NCBI GenBank assembly: GCA_963845755.1
Contig: CAWJTV010000041.1
Location: forward strand, 1-64,000
Source of the DNA: an uncultured Planctomycetota bacterium
GTDB taxonomy: Bacteria > Planctomycetota > Planctomycetia > Isosphaerales > Isosphaeraceae
Direction: 5' to 3'
DNA length: 64,000 nucleotides
Shown here: positions 41,421-51,144 of the stretch, piece after piece
Numbering within the stretch: the stretch's first letter is position 1
How the letters are laid out: each line of letters opens with the position of its first letter
Program-made: the position numbers and the translations under genes
Notes under the pieces: model-generated
Database searches by the model: none
What the model saw: the letters and a program-made list of their open reading frames with translations, nothing else
Told to the model about the DNA's origin: nothing

Positions 41421-41819
41421 GGTGGTTGCCTCCTGACCGAGGAGGAAACCACGTAGTGAACAACCAAGCGAGAGGAGGCGGGAATTCTGATTGTCGCTGG
41501 GCGGGAATTCTAATTGTCGCTAATCACCCACCAATCGATCCATGGGATGGCAGCACGTCAGATCCTCCTCGAGTTGCCGCACGGTCTCGGGATGCCCGAG
41601 TCGCTCCCGCGACAACGCCGAGTTGACCCATCGGAGCACAAAGCCGCCATCTGGGGTACCGTAGCCACCGCGGAGGATGTTATGGAAGGCGTCGAGGTTG
41701 TGCCCCCATTCGGCCCCGGGGATGAGGGCGCGGCTGACGACGTCGAAGAACTCTTCAAGCGTGGTGAAATCGCAGCCATCGATCTCATAGATGGGTTTCG
41801 ACATCCCCAGGCCCTCGCC

Positions 41820-41879
41820 GGCTAACGTCCAAGATCAGCGGCCCGCCGCAGGCGGGTCCGCTGCATCGCCTCGTTAGCC
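41820..41879 (-). repeat. attC site (first cassette)
   Basis: ggctaac...gttagcc; near-identical to 30350-30408. Confidence 0.92.
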
Positions 41880-41882
41880 GTG

Positions 41883-42318
41883 TCACGCTATGCCGACGGA
41901 CACGCCGAACGGCACCTCAAGCTCGGCGAAGATGATCAGGGCTCGGTGATCAACCTCGAAGCCTCCGGTGCTGCAATTCGTATGGTAGCTGCAATACACG
42001 TTGACGGACAGGCGCTCCTTCAAGCCTTTCAGATAGGCGACGTGCGGCCGAACGGCGAGCCAGAGCGATTCCAGATGGACTTCGCGGACGACCCCGGGGT
42101 ACCGGAGCGGAGTAGGACCACATGTCATGCTCGTAGCCCCTGGGAGAGGTCGGCAGAAGCTTCTCGTCCCTCCGATGCGCATGAGTTGGCACGATACCAA
42201 GTTCGGCTGTGATCGCCTCCAAGTCTCCGATGTCCCCAAAGATCCGGAGCGTGGCACCGAAGCGAAAGAAGTACTCGGGTTCCGCCATGACCTCCTCGAC
42301 TTCAGAAGCCATGCCCAC
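41883..42318 (-). pseudogene. DUF4279-like cassette gene, duplicate of 30412..30849, frameshift near 42082
   Basis: Near-identical DNA; cttcgcgg here versus cttgcagcgg. Confidence 0.8.
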
Positions 42319-42333
42319 TGCTCCTCGAACGAC

Positions 42334-42395
42334 GGCTAACCATTGTTTCGAAGCCCGCATGGGCGTCTTTTTTCCCGCCTTCATGGGCGTATAAT
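42334..42395 (-). other. attI site
   Basis: GTTAGCC core with no attC palindrome upstream; identity to the duplicate cassette stops exactly at the core; CATGGGCGT direct repeats at 42358 and 42382. Confidence 0.8.
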
Positions 42396-42411
42396 CCCGA
42401 TCACGGGATTG

Positions 42412-42440
42412 ATTATGATCGAGAAAGGCCGCATTTGCAA
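42412..42440 (-). promoter_or_regulatory. Candidate Pc cassette promoter
   Basis: TTGCAA-17 nt-CATAAT facing attI; a + strand TATAAT at 42390 may be the intI promoter. Confidence 0.55.
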
Positions 42441-42493
42441 CAAGACCTTCCAAGGTTTATCCAGACCAAACGCGACGAGATAAGACGCCCACC

Positions 42494-42690
42494 TTGCTCG
42501 ACCGGGTCCGTGAAGTTGTCTGGAGGTTGCATTACAGCATTCGCACCGGGGCTGCCTACCTCCAGTGGATCAAGCGGCTCATCCTCTTTCATGGCAAGCG
42601 GCGTCCTCTCGAGTTGGGCGAACGCGAGTTCGAAGACTCCCTGAGCCATCGGGCGGTCGAAAGGAACGTCGTGGCCTCGACGGAAAACCT
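42494..42690 (+). pseudogene. intI: Integron integrase, N-terminal fragment only
   Basis: LDRVREVVWRLHYSIRTGAAYLQWIKRLILFHGKRRP..AVERNVVASTEN, then unrelated sequence; no catalytic domain. Confidence 0.88.
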
Positions 42691-43103
42691 CCCGTCCTGG
42701 GTGCGCCACGCCGCGGACGATCGCTTCGCGACGTGCCTGGAGCACGAGAAGGCCAGCGAGTCCCTGTCGGTCTTCTCGCCGAAGACCATCGAGGCTCACG
42801 ATCGGGTCTTCTCCCCTCTCAAGGCGGCAGGACCCGGTTCCTCCGGTCAAGCTTGCCATCGCGGTTTTTTTGGGCCTTCCCAGACCTCCCACGCTTCGAT
42901 GTAACCCTGGACTCACTAACATGTTGCAGTGAATGATCCCGGTGCTCCCCCGTCGGAAAACTGTGACATGTAACAATTTTTATGCAACTGGGAACGCGCA
43001 TGTGCGGATCGTAAGGGTAAGAGGCGGTGGCGACACCCGAAGCGATCAAACGGGTGTCGCCCCGGGGACGACTTCCGTTGCATCCGCACCAGGGTCAGAG
43101 CAC

Positions 43104-44250
43104 CATGACCACCACAATGACCCCGCCCAGGCCCGATCGGGCCGAGATCAACCGCCGCAATGCCCAGAAGAGCACCGGTCCCCGGACCCCCGAGGGCAAG
43201 AACCGCTCCCGGTTCAACGCCGTCAAGCACGGCATGACCGCCAGGACCCTCGTCTTGCCCGGCGAGGATCCCGACGCGCTTCAAGAGCGGCTCGACTCCT
43301 GGATCGGCAACCTCCAGCCTCAAAACGACGTCGAGCAGTTCCTGGTCGAGCAGGCCGTGCAGTCCTCCTGGAAGCTGGATCGGGCCGATCGCGCCGAGGT
43401 CGCCCGATTGTCCCACATCATCGAAACGCTGCCGGTCCTGGAGGCGAACCGTCAGCAGGAAGAGGCCGCCGCGCTGGGCCGTCGGCTCTTCAGCGATCGC
43501 AATGGATCGGGAAGCATCAAGCTTCAGAGCCAGATCCTCGAAGCCCTCCTCCCGGGCCGCAAGTCCCAGACCTCCCGGCCCCTCGACGTCCTCGATCACG
43601 CCGGGGCCATCGTCCGCCGGCTCGAATCCACCGGTCCCGGCTGCCAGTGGATGCTCGACCGCTGGATCGAGCTCCGCGCGATCCTCGACCAGGGCCAGGC
43701 CTGGCCATCGACCGAAAAGTCCAGGGCGATCCGCCTGCTGGGGAAACCGCCGCTGAACCTGACGGCCGAGGAGTGGGAGAACCACTGCGAGCGCCGGCGG
43801 GCCAACCCGCACCCGGAGATCGACGGGTACCTGGCGGTGCAAGCTGGACCGACAGTTGGTCGAGGGACTGGCGCAGGACCAGGCGGCGACGATCGAGGAG
43901 TTGCGGAGCGTCGCCGAGCAGGCGATCGCGCGCCTGGAGCCGCTGACCGCCGAGCATCGCCGTCGTGCGCGAGGCGGATGTGGCCCGGCAAGCGGACCTC
44001 CTGTCGTTCGACACCAGCACCGAGGGCGAGCGGCTGCGTCGCTACCAGTTCTCGTGCAGCCGGTCGCTGTTCCGCAGCATCGACACCCTGTTCAAGGTCC
44101 GCCGATCCGGCCCGGGCGCGGTGCGTGGAAAAGGGAGGGGTAACACCGCAGAGATCGCAGAAACCACGGAGACGCGGACCGAGCGGAACGATGACGACAC
44201 GGGAGAGATCGATCCGACCGTGCCGACGGTTGGAATCGTCGAGAGTTTGA
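43104..44250 (+). CDS. Planctomycete multicopy hypothetical protein (frameshifted; 3' end uncertain)
   Basis: INRRNAQKSTGPRTPEGKNRSRFNAVKHG motif; later FDTSTEGERLRRY in another frame. Confidence 0.6.
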
Positions 44251-45427
44251 CCGAAACCGAACCCTCGGACCGAGAGGTCGATCACCGGACCGGGCAAGGC
44301 GAAACCGCTGACCCGCAGGTCGCTGTGGTCGCTCATCGCCGGTTGCCGATTCACCGCGCCCTGTTCTTTGCGACGACCCTCATCGTGCTCTTCGGTGCCG
44401 CGGTCCGCAGTCATCGGGATTCGCGAATCGAACCCACCACCGTGGCTGTCAATCATCAAAACGGTCAAAACGAAGCCATCACGACGCCCCGTCAGAGGTT
44501 TCTCATCGCGATTCCCCACCACGGAGTCGAAAAACCGACGGAGACCATGATCGAACCCAGTCACCAAAGCGTCACAGCGCGGCCGAGCCGCAACCAACCC
44601 AATCAAAAGCGACTCACCACAGAGTCGCAGAGGACACAGAGAAGAATCCTTCGATGCTTTCTGCTGATCCAACCTCTTGTGCCTCGAGACATTATGAAAT
44701 TGTGCACGGCGTACAAGATTCTCGAACTGAGTCGTACAGAGCACACAGAGAAGATTCCGAAGCATCCCGATACTGCAATCACATCGGGAATCACCGCCTC
44801 CGGGTGGCTCGGACTCAAAACGATAATCAGTCAGTACTTCCGACTTCGCTGCGCTCTTCCCGCCGTTGTGGTAAGGAATCGGAGTTGGCTGATGTGGGGA
44901 ATCGAGTGGGCGGGGAGGGGGGCAGACATTCGGTCCGGCTCCCGGGCGGAGTCAGGAGACCCGCGCCTGGCGCAGGCGACGGCGTCAGAGAACCCGTCGT
45001 CGCGATTTCGACCAGTCAACCCCAACTTCTCACCGTGCCAGCGCGGGCCTTCGGACTCGTCGACACTCGATTTCCCGCCAAAACACGCCAACGGTTACCG
45101 ACTTCCCGAATCGAACTGCCTCGCGGAGACCTCTCGAACTCGGGACGCTCACCGCGCCCGGGCGTGGGTCGAAGCTCGATATCCCACTCGTCTATTGCAC
45201 CCTTCGATCTCCCACAGTCTACCCAGTTTGAAGGGATCGGAAATTGAGGATCCGCCCGTCTCGAAAAAACGGTCAGGAAGTTCGCCGGGGTGAGCGTCCC
45301 GTTGTGGGTGTTCAAACTCCGCCGTGCTTTCGCGGCAGTTTCGGTCCTGTGCTCGTTGTCTCCTGGAGTGAGGGCTCGCCCTGGCGGGTTGACACAGGTT
45401 TCAGGCGCTTACCCCCCTGGTGCCACC

Positions 45428-47545
45428 ATGCCGGAAGAAACCATTGATCCTGGTCTGCTGGAGCAGACAAAGAACCAGATTCGCAAACTGGTGGCCGAGA
45501 TCGCCGACCTGGCGGAATCGGACATCCAACCGGCTGAGTTCTACGTGGAGTTCCTGAACCGATCGGTGGCGGCGGTGGCCGCGACCGGCGGCGCCTTCTG
45601 GCTGATGGACGGCCGGGGCGGGCTGAGACTGCAATATCAGGTCGAGTTCGGCTCGACCGGACTGATGGACGGCCGGGTCAAGACCGCCCCGCACGACGCC
45701 CTGCTGGGCTGCATGCTCCAGGCGTCGCAGGCCCAGATCATCCCGCCGGGCGCGGTGATCGATGGCGTTCCCCAGGCGTTCAACCCGACTGAGTACTCGC
45801 TGATCCTCGCGCCCTTGATGGTGGACAAGCAGGTCACGGGGCTGCTGGAGATCCTCATGGATCCCACGCGGCGCGCGGCCCAGCAGAAGAGCACGCTCCG
45901 GTTCGTCAGCGACCTGTGCGACCTGGCGGCCACCTATTTGAAGAACCGGCAGATGCGGCAGATGATGTCGCAGCAGCGGCTCTGGAATCAGCTCGAGGGC
46001 TTCACGCACCAGATCCACGGCTCGCTGGACCTGAAGGAGGCGGCCTACGCCGTCGTCAACGACGGCAAGCGGCTGGTCGGCTGCGACCGGCTGAGCGTCG
46101 CGCTGAAGATCTCCGGCCGGACCATGGTCGAGGCGATCAGCGGTCAGGAGGTCGTCGAGCAGCGGTCGAACCTGGTCCGGGAGCTGACGAGGCTCTGCAA
46201 GGCGGTGCTCCGTTCGGGCGAAGACCTGGTCTATACCGGCAGCACCGACGGTTTCGCACCCGATCTTCGCGACGCGCTCGAGATGTACGTCGACGAGTCG
46301 GGTTCGAAGGTCGTCAGCGTGACGCTCCTGCACAAGCCCGCCGAGACCGAGAAGGAGACCGAGAGCAAGGAAAAAGTCCCGTTCGGCTGCCTGATCGCCG
46401 AGCAGATCGGCGACGAGCTGGCTCCGACGGACATGCACGCCCGGACCGAGGTCGTCTCCCGGCACGCCTCGACGGCGCTGTGGAACGCCCAGGAACACCA
46501 CAAGATCTTCCTCAAGCCGGTCTTGAAGGCGATGGGCTCGCCCTGGCGAATGTTCCGGGGCCGGACCCTCGCCAAGATCGGCGCGGTGCTCGCGGGCGTC
46601 CTCTTGGTCATCCTCGGCATGGCATTCATCCCCTGCACGTTGACCATCGAAGGGCATGGCTCGCTCCTGCCCGAGGATCGCCACAAGGTCTATTCGCCCG
46701 TGCCCGCCTCCCGGGTCATCGAGGTCCTCGTCGATCACGGCGATCGCGTCAAGAAGGGGGACCTCCTGGTCAAGCTCGAGAGCAAGGATCTGGAGAAGGA
46801 GCTCCGGGGACTGATGGCCGAGCAGCAGAAAGCCGTCAACCAGTACGCCTTCCTCAGGAGACAGGAAGACAAAGCGGGTCATTCCCAGGCGGGCGGCGAC
46901 ATGGACATCAACCAGATCCGCGCCCAGATCTACGAGGCGAAGATCACGGACAACAGCTCGAGCCAACGGATCGACATCATCCGCGAGCAGGTCGAATCGA
47001 TGAGCATCGTGTCGCCGCAGGATGGCATCATCACGACCTGGGAGGCCAAGAAGAACCTGATGGGCCGGCCGGTCGAGATCGGCACCGAGTTGCTCCAGGT
47101 CGCCTCGACCGAGGGCGAATGGATCCTGGAAGTCGAGGTACCCGATGACGACATGGGGCCGATCCTGGCCGCCCAGCACCAGCTCCTGGACGACATCAAG
47201 GCCGGGCGGAAGAAGCCCGACGCGACCCTGTCCGCCTCGTTCGTGCCGATGACCGGGCCCGAGCACCGCTACTACGGCTACGTGCGCAAGATTGCTCCCA
47301 ACGCCGAGAACGTCGCCGAATCCGAGCAGTACAAGAACCGGCACGTCGTCAAGGTGACGATCGGCTTCTCGGACGAGGTCCGGCAGGAGTACATGAAGCA
47401 CAACCAGATCACCGAGATGCGCCCCGGAGCCGAGGTCCGCGCGCGTGTCGACTGCGGCCCGACCAACCTGGCCTACTACCTGCTCCGCAAGCCCGTCCAG
47501 GTCTTCTACGAATCGGTCATGTTCCGCTGGCCATTCTTGCGATGA
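45428..47545 (+). CDS. GAF-domain HlyD-family periplasmic adaptor
   Basis: GAF-like N-half, TM, lipoyl/coiled-coil (VDHGDRVKKGDLL; IVSPQDG; MRPGAEV). Confidence 0.85.
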   Translation: MPEETIDPGLLEQTKNQIRKLVAEIADLAESDIQPAEFYVEFLNRSVAAVAATGGAFWLMDGRGGLRLQYQVEFGSTGLMDGRVKTAPHDALLGCMLQASQAQIIPPGAVIDGVPQAFNPTEYSLILAPLMVDKQVTGLLEILMDPTRRAAQQKSTLRFVSDLCDLAATYLKNRQMRQMMSQQRLWNQLEGFTHQIHGSLDLKEAAYAVVNDGKRLVGCDRLSVALKISGRTMVEAISGQEVVEQRSNLVRELTRLCKAVLRSGEDLVYTGSTDGFAPDLRDALEMYVDESGSKVVSVTLLHKPAETEKETESKEKVPFGCLIAEQIGDELAPTDMHARTEVVSRHASTALWNAQEHHKIFLKPVLKAMGSPWRMFRGRTLAKIGAVLAGVLLVILGMAFIPCTLTIEGHGSLLPEDRHKVYSPVPASRVIEVLVDHGDRVKKGDLLVKLESKDLEKELRGLMAEQQKAVNQYAFLRRQEDKAGHSQAGGDMDINQIRAQIYEAKITDNSSSQRIDIIREQVESMSIVSPQDGIITTWEAKKNLMGRPVEIGTELLQVASTEGEWILEVEVPDDDMGPILAAQHQLLDDIKAGRKKPDATLSASFVPMTGPEHRYYGYVRKIAPNAENVAESEQYKNRHVVKVTIGFSDEVRQEYMKHNQITEMRPGAEVRARVDCGPTNLAYYLLRKPVQVFYESVMFRWPFLR

Positions 47546-47683
47546 TCCGTGTTCAGTATTCAGCGATTCGGGAATGATCCCTTGCTGAACACAGCCACCC
47601 ATTCCCATCGGGGAACGATTCGGCCCACATTGCGTTCACTGAACACTGAGAACTGAACACCGAAAACGAAGAGGAGTCCAGTC

Positions 47684-48646
47684 ATGTCGTTTCCCAAGCC
47701 CATGGCGGCGCTGGCCGCAGGCTCATTGATGTTGCTGGGCGCCGCCGCGCTGGCCCAGAGCGGCGGGGCCGCGGCGCCGACGGACAACCCCGGGGTGCAG
47801 ACGCTGGTCCTGACGGAACTGCCGTATGTCACCTGGATCGAGAAATCCTCGGTGGCCGCCCTTCGCGAGGGCGTCATCGAGCGGATGGAGCTCCAGATCG
47901 GCATGCCGGTCCAGAAGGGCGGGACGATCGGCCTCCTGCATCACAAGTTCGCCGAGCTGACCGTCGCCAAGGCCCAGCGCCAGGCCGAGAGCGTCGGTCC
48001 CAAGCAAAAGGCCGAGGCCCAGGAAGAAGTCGCGCTGTCGGTCTGCGCCCGCAACAAGCGGCTCAATGAGCGCAAGCCGGGCATGGTCTCCGCCGAGGAC
48101 GTCGCCAAGGCCGACGGCGAGCTCAAGGTGGCCACCGCCATGATCAAGGAGGCCGACGAGAACATGAAGATCGCCGAGGCCGAGCGCGACCTGGCCAAGC
48201 AGACCCTCGATGAGCACACGATCCTCGCCCCGTTCGACGGGATCGTCATCAAGCGGATGAAGAACCCCGGCGAGAGCGTCCGCGCCAACGAGGCGGTCGT
48301 CGATATCGGCAACCTCCGCCGGCTGGCCGTCGATGCCTATGTGCCCCTCGAGTACGCCTATCGCGTCAAGGAGGACCAGGTCGTCGAGATCCAGCCGCGG
48401 CTCTCGCTGCCGGGCGGGGAACCCTTGCCCATCGAGCGGAAGCGATTCCGGGGCAAGATCACGTTCGTCGATCCCGAGATCCAGCCGGTCGCCGAGACGG
48501 CCGTCCGGATCCGCGCCGAGTTCGAGAATGCTGCCCCTTATGACCTGAAGCCGGGCCTGAAGGTCCAGATGACGATCTTCCTGACCACCGACCGCACCGC
48601 CGTCAACTCCCACGCGACCGGCACTCGGACCGCACGAGCCCAGTGA
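47684..48646 (+). CDS. RND/HlyD-type membrane fusion protein
   Basis: Signal peptide; ILAPFDGIV..PGESV; GKITFVDPEI; LKPGL. Confidence 0.9.
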   Translation: MSFPKPMAALAAGSLMLLGAAALAQSGGAAAPTDNPGVQTLVLTELPYVTWIEKSSVAALREGVIERMELQIGMPVQKGGTIGLLHHKFAELTVAKAQRQAESVGPKQKAEAQEEVALSVCARNKRLNERKPGMVSAEDVAKADGELKVATAMIKEADENMKIAEAERDLAKQTLDEHTILAPFDGIVIKRMKNPGESVRANEAVVDIGNLRRLAVDAYVPLEYAYRVKEDQVVEIQPRLSLPGGEPLPIERKRFRGKITFVDPEIQPVAETAVRIRAEFENAAPYDLKPGLKVQMTIFLTTDRTAVNSHATGTRTARAQ

Positions 48647-48806
48647 ATTCGCAGTAGTCAGTAGTCAGTGGTCAGGAAAAAGGAATCTCTGTCCTGGCCG
48701 CTCGGATCCGCGCGGTCAGCGAAGTTCGACAAGACTCCGTGGCCAATTCTTGGGAACGAACGAAGTAATTACTAACTACTGACTACTGCTTATCCGGAGT
48801 TGACCG

Positions 48807-51053
48807 ATGAGTTCCGCTCCCAGCCAGGTTCCCACCCAAGCCTTCGGGCAAGCCGCCGAGCACCTTCAGGTCCGGCTCCGTCCGGACCTGGTCGTCCAGC
48901 CCCAGTTCTACGAGGGGATGACGCACTATGTGATCAAGGACCCGCTGGCGCTGAAGTATTTCCGATTCAAGATCGAGGAATACTTCCTCCTCCAGCAGTT
49001 CGACGGCAAGCAGACGCTCCAGGACGTGAAGAAGGCGTTCGAGCGAAAGTACCGGCCCCAGACGATCTCGATCGAGGACCTGACGCGGTTCGTGGCCCAG
49101 CTCCACGAGGCCGGGATCGTCCAGATCGACAGCGGCGAGCTCGCCAAGGTGCTGATCCGCCGCCGCAAGAAGAACCGGTGGCGCAAGGTCTGGAGCTTCC
49201 TGGCCAACATCCTGTTCATCAAGATCCCGGTCATCGATCCCGAGCGGCTGCTGACCCGGATGTACCCGTATTTCCGCTGGATCTTCACCACCGGGTTCAT
49301 CACCGTCAGCGTGATGTCGATGCTGTTGGCCCTCGGACTGGTTGTGAGCAACTGGAAGACGTTCTACGACAAGCTCCCCGACTTCCAGAGCTTCTTCAAC
49401 TGGTGGACCATCATGAGCTTCTGGATATGCCTGGCCGTCGTGAAGGTCATCCACGAGTTCGGCCACGGCCTGACCGCCAAGCACTTCGGCGGTGAAGTCC
49501 ACGAGATGGGGATCCTGTTCCTGGTCCTCACGCCGGCGTTGTACTGCGACGTGACCGATAGCTGGCTGCTGCCGAACAAGTGGAATCGCATCTGGATCTC
49601 GGCGGCGGGCATCTACGTCGAATGCTTCCTGGCCAGTATCGCCACATTCGTCTGGTGGTACAGCACGCCCGGGTTGATGAACAGTTTGGCCATGGCGACG
49701 ATGTTCATCTGCTCGGTCAACACGATCATGTTCAACGCCAACCCGCTGCTGCGGTACGACGGTTACTACGTGATGGCCGACTGGCTGGAGATCCCGAACC
49801 TGCGGATCAAGAGCACCCAGTTCTTCTCCTACCTGATCCAGGAGAAGGTACTGGGCCTGGAGATCCCGGTCCAGAGCTACATGCCGAAATCGCGGCGGTA
49901 CCTGTTCGTAACCTACGCGGTGGCCAGCTACATCTATCGATGGTTCGTGACCTTCGCCATCCTCTGGTTCCTGTCCCAGGTCCTCAAGCCCTACAAGCTC
50001 GAGTCGATCAGCTACCTGCTGGCCGGCGTCTCGCTGGTCCCACTCCTGGGGACGCCGGTCTATCAGATCGGCAAGTTCCTGACAACGCCCGGGCGGTTGC
50101 GCAAGGTGAAGAAGCTCCGCGCCAGCGCATTCGCCGCGGGGGCGGTTGCCCTGGTCACGGGGATCCTGCTGATCCCCACCCCCCTGCGCGTGCAGGGGTC
50201 GTTCGTGCTCAAGCTGGCCAAGCCCGAGGTCGTCTACGTGGAGACGGAAGGCCGGCTGATGGAGCTCAATGTCAAGAACGGCCAGTGGGTCACCAAGGAC
50301 ACCATCCTGGCCAAGCTATCGAACCCGGAGAAGCAGCGGGAGCTGCTCCAGCGTCAGCAGGACCACGACGTCAGCTTAATCAAGTCCGTCTATTTCAAGA
50401 TGAGTCCGGAGCACGATGATCGGGCGCAGGCCGTGCAACACCGAGAATACGCGGAAAAGCTGGAGCCCATGATCACGAAGATCGCCGACCAGCTCGGCAA
50501 GCTGACGCTGGTCGCGAACCGCGACGGCCAGGTCGTCGGTGCGCCACCACGCTCGGGAGTGGGGCGGTGGCTCAAGCCCGGCCAGCCCAACGATCCCGAT
50601 CCGCGACCCGACAAGCCGAATGAGACTCGTGCGGACAAGCCGTATTTCTGCGAGATCGGCGATCCCCATCACCTCGAGGCCCACCTGGTCCTGGACCAGG
50701 CCGACATCCACCTGATCCACCCCAACGACAAAGCGTGGTTGAAGGTCTACGGCAAGGCCGAGACGACCTACCGGAGCAGCGTGGAGTTGATCTCCAAGCA
50801 TACCAGCGGCGAAATCCCGCTGGAGCTCTCCAGCATGGCCGAAGGCGAGATCGCCGTTAAGCCCGACTACAAGACGGGGGCGGCGAAGCCCACGGAGGGC
50901 CACCTGGTCTACGAGATCATCATCCCGGTGGAAAACGCCGACCTCGAGCTGGAGCCGGGTCTCCGCGGATTCGCCAAGATCGAGGGCGGCAGCTATACCA
51001 TCGCCTGGTGGCTGCTGAGATGGTGGAACAAGCTCTTCAACTTCCAGCTCTGA
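48807..51053 (+). CDS. Site-2 (M50) peptidase fused to a HlyD domain
   Basis: PqqD-like N-terminus; IHEFGH; NANPLLRYDGYY; C-terminal HlyD. Confidence 0.9.
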   Translation: MSSAPSQVPTQAFGQAAEHLQVRLRPDLVVQPQFYEGMTHYVIKDPLALKYFRFKIEEYFLLQQFDGKQTLQDVKKAFERKYRPQTISIEDLTRFVAQLHEAGIVQIDSGELAKVLIRRRKKNRWRKVWSFLANILFIKIPVIDPERLLTRMYPYFRWIFTTGFITVSVMSMLLALGLVVSNWKTFYDKLPDFQSFFNWWTIMSFWICLAVVKVIHEFGHGLTAKHFGGEVHEMGILFLVLTPALYCDVTDSWLLPNKWNRIWISAAGIYVECFLASIATFVWWYSTPGLMNSLAMATMFICSVNTIMFNANPLLRYDGYYVMADWLEIPNLRIKSTQFFSYLIQEKVLGLEIPVQSYMPKSRRYLFVTYAVASYIYRWFVTFAILWFLSQVLKPYKLESISYLLAGVSLVPLLGTPVYQIGKFLTTPGRLRKVKKLRASAFAAGAVALVTGILLIPTPLRVQGSFVLKLAKPEVVYVETEGRLMELNVKNGQWVTKDTILAKLSNPEKQRELLQRQQDHDVSLIKSVYFKMSPEHDDRAQAVQHREYAEKLEPMITKIADQLGKLTLVANRDGQVVGAPPRSGVGRWLKPGQPNDPDPRPDKPNETRADKPYFCEIGDPHHLEAHLVLDQADIHLIHPNDKAWLKVYGKAETTYRSSVELISKHTSGEIPLELSSMAEGEIAVKPDYKTGAAKPTEGHLVYEIIIPVENADLELEPGLRGFAKIEGGSYTIAWWLLRWWNKLFNFQL

Positions 51054-51144
51054 TCGGACCGGACTGATCCTCGGAAGGGATGTCCCATCCGGCCAGGACG
51101 TCGCGTTCGAGCCGATTCTCACGTGTCCGCGATCGCCCGGGAGG

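Larger units (their letters stand above)
39016..41526 (-). mobile_element. IS21-family element (ends approximate)
   Basis: Reiterated terminal repeats ATTAGCGACAATTAG(A) at both ends; istA + istB. Confidence 0.92.
38881..41804 (-). pseudogene. Barstar-family inhibitor interrupted by IS21
   Basis: YEIDG..LEEFF..WGHNLDAFHNILRGG before the IS; ..GPTVFDWVVEII..VELIL* after it. Confidence 0.85.
11678..42690 (-). mobile_element. Integron: truncated intI + attI + array of 23 gene cassettes
   Basis: 23 related ~58-bp imperfect palindromes (RYYYAAC...GTTRRRY) between co-oriented minus-strand ORFs, whose stops often fall in R''; divergent IntI N-terminal fragment next to the first cassette. Confidence 0.95.

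Noticed and set aside
39011..41532. Exact IS21 target-site duplication
   Set aside because: The flanks (GACACC versus CCCACC) and termini do not match cleanly, so the ends are reported as approximate
11678..41879. Recurrent ~58-bp palindrome read as a CRISPR array or REP elements
   Set aside because: Spacers are whole genes, there are no cas genes, and the repeats have RYYYAAC/GTTRRRY ends with an adjacent intI fragment: they are attC sites
43965..45293. 442-aa ORF as a real protein
   Set aside because: Only the first part continues the frameshifted upstream gene; the rest is low-information and contains CACAGAG-type short repeats
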